This document shows, one piece after another, positions 34,414-39,309 of a DNA stretch of 39,309 nucleotides. The notes beneath the pieces were generated by a model that saw only the letters and a list, made by a program, of their open reading frames with translations, did not search any database and had not been told where the DNA came from. A program made the position numbers and the translations under genes. The DNA lies in NCBI RefSeq assembly GCF_001194135.2, contig NC_068981.1:6490631-6529939 (forward strand), written 5' to 3'. Each line of letters starts with the position of its first letter. Within the stretch, counting starts at the first letter, position 1. The stretch is from Octopus bimaculoides. Taxonomy: Eukaryota.

Positions 34414-35319
34414 GTGTGTGTACGTGTATGTATGTGTGTGTGTTTGTGTGTANNNNNNNNNNNNNNNNNNNNNNNNNNNNNNNNNNNNNNNNNNNNNNNN
34501 NNNNNNNNNNNNNNNNNNNNNNNNNNNNNNNNNNNNNNNNNNNNNNNNNNNNNNNNNNNNNNNNNNNNNNNNNNNNNNNNNNNNNNNNNNNNNNNNNNNN
34601 NNNNNNNNNNNNNNNNNNNNNNNNNNNNNNNNNNNNNNNNNNNNNNNNNNNNNNNNNNNNNNNNNNNNNNNNNNNNNNNNNNNNNNNNNNNNNNNNNNNN
34701 NNNNNNNNNNNNNNNNNNNNNNNNNNNNNNNNNNNNNNNNNNNNNNNNNNNNNNNNNNNNNNNNNNNNNNNNNNNNNNNNNNNNNNNNNNNNNNNNNNNN
34801 NNNNNNNNNNNNNNNNNNNNNNNNNNNNNNNNNNNNNNNNNNNNNNNNNNNNNNNNNNNNNNNNNNNNNNNNNNNNNNNNNNNNNNNNNNNNNNNNNNNN
34901 NNNNNNNNNNNNNNNNNNNNNNNNNNNNNNNNNNNNNNNNNNNNNNNNNNNNNNNNNNNNNNNNNNNNNNNNNNNNNNNNNNNNNNNNNNNNNNNNNNNN
35001 NNNNNNNNNNNNNNNNNNNNNNNNNNNNNNNNNNNNNNNNNNNNNNNNNNNNNNNNNNNNNNNNNNNNNNNNNNNNNNNNNNNNNNNNNNNNNNNNNNNN
35101 NNNNNNNNNNNNNNNNNNNNNNNNNNNNNNNNNNNNNNNNNNNNNNNNNNNNNNNNNNNNNNNNNNNNNNNNNNNNNNNNNNNNNNNNNNNNNNNNNNNN
35201 NNNNNNNNNNNNNNNNNNNNNNNNNNNNNNNNNNNNNNNNNNNNNNNNNNNNNNNNNNNNNNNNNNNNNNNNNNNNNNNGTTCGTTGTGTGTCCCTAAAA
35301 TGCAGACAACTCTCTCAGG

Positions 35320-35688
35320 CGGTGTGGTGGTGGTGGTGGTATTGGTGTAGTGGTGGTGGTGGTGACGTTAAGTGCTGACAATAGATCGGTCATTAAAGCC
35401 GATGCTGTTTGTTTTATCGCAGAGAAGAGAACCGTTGTGTCGGTAGTTGTGATGGCGGTGGCGGTGGTGGTGGTGGGGTTAGTGGTGGTGGTAGTGTTTC
35501 CGTGAGGCTAGAGGAGTTATGGATGGTTGGGGTGTAGTAGTAGTAGTAGTAGTAGTAGTAGCAGTAGCAGTAGCAGGAAGAGTAGTATTAGTAGTGGCTG
35601 TAATAGTAGAAATCGTAATAGCAGTAGTAGCATTAGTAGTAGTGGCAGTAATAGTAGTAGTAGCAGTAGTAATATTAGTGTAATGGCT

Positions 35689-35722
<34 letters not shown>

Positions 35723-35831
35723 CAGTAGCAGTATTAGTAGTAGTGGGAGTAATAGTGGTAGTAGTAGAGACGGCGCTGCTGCTGCTGCTGCGGAGTGTAA
35801 TGGTCATATGATCCATGAGACGCGCTTGTTG

Positions 35832-35868
<37 letters not shown>
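35320..35868. repeat. Low-complexity (GTG)/(GTA)/(GCA)/(GAT) trinucleotide region
   Basis: Direct inspection. Confidence 0.9.
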
Positions 35869-36589
35869 NNNNNNNNNNNNNNNNNNNNNNNNNNNNNNNN
35901 NNNNNNNNNNNNNNNNNNNNNNNNNNNNNNNNNNNNNNNNNNNNNNNNNNNNNNNNNNNNNNNNNNNNNNNNNNNNNNNNNNNNNNNNNNNNNNNNNNNN
36001 NNNNNNNNNNNNNNNNNNNNNNNNNNNNNNNNNNNNNNNNNNNNNNNNNNNNNNNNNNNNNNNNNNNNNNNNNNNNNNNNNNNNNNNNNNNNNNNNNNNN
36101 NNNNNNNNNNNNNNNNNNNNNNNNNNNNNNNNNNNNNNNNNNNNNNNNNNNNNNNNNNNNNNNNNNNNNNNNNNNNNNNNNNNNNNNNNNNNNNNNNNNN
36201 NNNNNNNNNNNNNNNNNNNNNNNNNNNNNNNNNNNNNNNNNNNNNNNNNNNNNNNNNNNNNNNNNNNNNNNNNNNNNNNNNNNNNNNNNNNNNNNNNNNN
36301 NNNNNNNNNNNNNNNNNNNNNNNNNNNNNNNNNNNNNNNNNNNNNNNNNNNNNNNNNNNNNNNNNNNNNNNNNNNNNNNNNNNNNNNNNNNNNNNNNNNN
36401 NNNNNNNNNNNNNNNNNNNNNNNNNNNNNNNNNNNNNNNNNNNNNNNNNNNNNNNNNNNNNNNNNNNNNNNNNNNNNNNNNNNNNNNNNNNNNNNNNNNN
36501 NNNNNNNNNNNNNNNNNNNNNNNNNNNNNNNNNNNNNNNNNNNNNNNNNNNNNNNNNNNNNNNNNNNNNNNNNNNNNNNNNNNNNNNNN

Positions 36590-36707
36590 AAGAATGAAAG
36601 GTACAGTCGACCTCGGCGGAATTTGAACGCAGAACGTAAAGACGGACGAAATACCGCTGAGCATTTTGTCCGGCGTGCTAACGACTCAGCCAGCTCCTTG
36701 CTGCCTT
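36590..36707 (-). mobile_element. SINE family A 5' half (remainder in gap)
   Basis: GTCGACCTCGGCGGAATTTGAAC...CGGCGTGCTAACGA..AGCCAGCTC aligns to 12240-12358. Confidence 0.85.
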
Positions 36708-36819
36708 TATAATTATAATAATAATTGTACTTGTTTGATTAAGAATGCTAATAGTAGCGATACTGTTATTGACTTGGTGCAGTCGGCGCTAGTTGTGTGG
36801 GTCACGTGGTGCAAATGGA

Positions 36820-37200
36820 GGCTTGTTGCTGTTGTTGTTGTGATTGCTGTTAGCCATATAGGAAGAGTTTAATGATAAAAAGTGACATTGTTGATATTAT
36901 TGTTCATACCATTATTATTAGTATTATTATTATTATTACGAATAGAAATTGTTTGACGACTTATGATGATGATGATGATGTTGTTAATGTGGTATTGTTA
37001 TTGTGGTTGTTGTTGTTGTTGTTGTTGTTAGTGGTGTTGATTTTTAGTGCATTTTCGGTGGTGGTGATGTTAGTTGTGGCGGTGGTGGTGTTGTAATGCA
37101 ATAATGATGAGTGGTGGCGCTTGTGTCATTTAGTAACAATTGCACATTTGTTGGGTCATGTTGCTGTTGATGTTGTTGTTGTTGTAGCTGCCATTGTTTA
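36820..37200. repeat. Low-complexity (GTT)/(GTG)/(ATT)/(GAT) region
   Basis: Direct inspection. Confidence 0.85.
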
Positions 37201-37618
37201 TCGAAATAATTACGATGTGCTTATTGAGAGGCGGCCCTCGTCTCAGGACTGATTGGCGAAAGAGGAAACAGAAGAGAAGCTAAATGAAGAAGAATCTTCA
37301 GTGTTGCTGTATTGGCAGAGATGGCGGCGGCGGCTGTGAGTGTTTGTCGTCTGTTTATGTGTATATATGATGCTGGTGTTGGCGGTAGGATAGGATGACA
37401 GAGTACAGGGGGAAGGACTAGTGGAGAAGGGGGTAATATTTCATTGACAAAACAAGATTAAGGTTACTGTTCAATAATTTAATCAATTTGAATAATTTTG
37501 TGTCAAGAAGAACGGTGTGAGGGACTGCCAGTCGGTGTTTGTCGATCGATTTAAACAGTTCTTTCTGATATTTCCTCCATCTTACTCATCACCGTCTCTT
37601 TCTCTTTTGCACGCTAAC

Positions 37619-37656
<38 letters not shown>

Positions 37657-38984
37657 CTTACTCACTCTGTCTTATTATCTCCGCTTTTCTCTCTATTTCA
37701 CTCTCCTTCTTCTCTCACTCTCTCACGTTCCCTCTCTCTCACACTCTCTCACTCTCAAAAAAGGATATCTTAATTATATCTCTTTCTCTCTTCATATAAA
37801 TGTGTGTGTATGTGTGGATATATATATNNNNNNNNNNNNNNNNNNNNNNNNNNNNNNNNNNNNNNNNNNNNNNNNNNNNNNNNNNNNNNNNNNNNNNNNN
37901 NNNNNNNNNNNNNNNNNNNNNNNNNNNNNNNNNNNNNNNNNNNNNNNNNNNNNNNNNNNNNNNNNNNNNNNNNNNNNNNNNNNNNNNNNNNNNNNNNNNN
38001 NNNNNNNNNNNNNNNNNNNNNNNNNNNNNNNNNNNNNNNNNNNNNNNNNNNNNNNNNNNNNNNNNNNNNNNNNNNNNNNNNNNNNNNNNNNNNNNNNNNN
38101 NNNNNNNNNNNNNNNNNNNNNNNNNNNNNNNNNNNNNNNNNNNNNNNNNNNNNNNNNNNNNNNNNNNNNNNNNNNNNNNNNNNNNNNNNNNNNNNNNNNN
38201 NNNNNNNNNNNNNNNNNNNNNNNNNNNNNNNNNNNNNNNNNNNNNNNNNNNNNNNNNNNNNNNNNNNNNNNNNNNNNNNNNNNNNNNNNNNNNNNNNNNN
38301 NNNNNNNNNNNNNNNNNNNNNNNNNNNNNNNNNNNNNNNNNNNNNNNNNNNNNNNNNNNNNNNNNNNNNNNNNNNNNNNNNNNNNNNNNNNNNNNNNNNN
38401 NNNNNNNNNNNNNNNNNNNNNNNNNNNNNNNNNNNNNNNNNNNNNNNNNNNNNNNNNNNNNNNNNNNNNNNNNNNNNNNNNNNNNNNNNNNNNNNNNNNN
38501 NNNNNNNNNNNNNNNNNNNNNNNNNNNNNNNNNNNNNNNNNNNNNNNNNNNNNNNNNNNNNNNNNNNNNNNNNNNNNNNNNNNNNNNNNNNNNNNNNNNN
38601 NNNNNNNNNNNNNNNNNNNNNNNNNNNNNNNNNNNNNNNNNNNNNNNNNNNNNNNNNNNNNNNNNNNNNNNNNNNNNNNNNNNNNNNNNNNNNNNNNNNN
38701 NNNNNNNNNNNNNNNNNNNNNNNNNNNNNNNNNNNNNNNNNNNNNNNNNNNNNNNNNNNNNNNNNNNNNNNNNNNNNNNNNNNNNNNNNNNNNNNNNNNN
38801 NNNNNNNNNNNNNNNNNNNNNNCATATATGTCTATATGCTCACTGTTTTTACCGTTTATTTTCACTGTCCTGTTTTTGTTACCACTTTAACCCACCGCAA
38901 ATCCCAAATTTTATTCAATTTGCTTTGCGGGACCGACTATTTTAACGAAGTCGCGTCTTGTACCAACGTTCGAAACGTGGAATA

Positions 38985-39168
38985 GATAAAACAGGGGACA
39001 ACTGATGAAGGGATTGTTTTTCATGCTGCCAGTCTCGTTTCTCTATTTGTTTCTTTCGTTGTTCCAAAAAATGTTTGTTTTCCATGTTTTTGTTATTTTA
39101 TGTTCTCGTTTTTCATTTTGTTCACGATCTTTTTGACGTCCTGTACCCATATATGTATGTATATATAC
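38985..39168. mobile_element. Second copy of the 27740-27930 repeat family
   Basis: Shared ordered motifs, see 27740-27930. Confidence 0.7.
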
Positions 39169-39238
39169 ATATATATGTAAGTATGTACATATATGTATGT
39201 ATATATGCATATATATGTATATTATTGATATTATACGG

Positions 39239-39292
39239 TGGTGCACCAGCATGACCGCAGCCACTTGGCTGAAACACATAAATAAATAAATA
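39239..39292 (+). mobile_element. SINE family C-like 3' tail fragment
   Basis: GTGCACCAGCATGACCGCAG...CTGAAAC-(AAAT)n matches the family C 3' end. Confidence 0.6.
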
Positions 39293-39309
39293 AATATATA
39301 TGTATATAT

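Noticed and set aside
150-39279. Long ORFs in the supplied track (poly-CV, YI, LS, HT, ER, or X runs)
   Set aside because: They are translations of microsatellites or N-gaps, not proteins.
1-39309. CRISPR arrays, rRNA genes, prokaryotic operons
   Set aside because: No regularly spaced repeat-spacer arrays or rRNA sequence; the DNA is clearly eukaryotic and repeat-rich.

Overview
Eukaryotic, AT-rich, microsatellite-saturated scaffold segment with ten N-gaps. The SINE repertoire points to an octopus (coleoid cephalopod) genome; that assignment is inferred from recognising the repeat families. Almost all ORFs in the supplied track are artefacts of simple repeats or gaps. The window holds about 17 tRNA-derived SINE copies or fragments from four families, 3' fragments of R4/Dong-like, RTE and CR1/L2-like LINEs, and probable Penelope-like (PLE) remnants. 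A few small minus-strand candidate exons may belong to an unidentified large-intron gene. The most interesting unexplained structure is a set of three long foldback elements (3381-3825, 27132-27440, 30799-30980). Two of them carry hammerhead-ribozyme (HHR)-like cores just outside the loop. A further near-intact minimal HHR lies at 30490-30535, and two decayed HHR-like motifs lie at about 6.98 kb and 11.5 kb.
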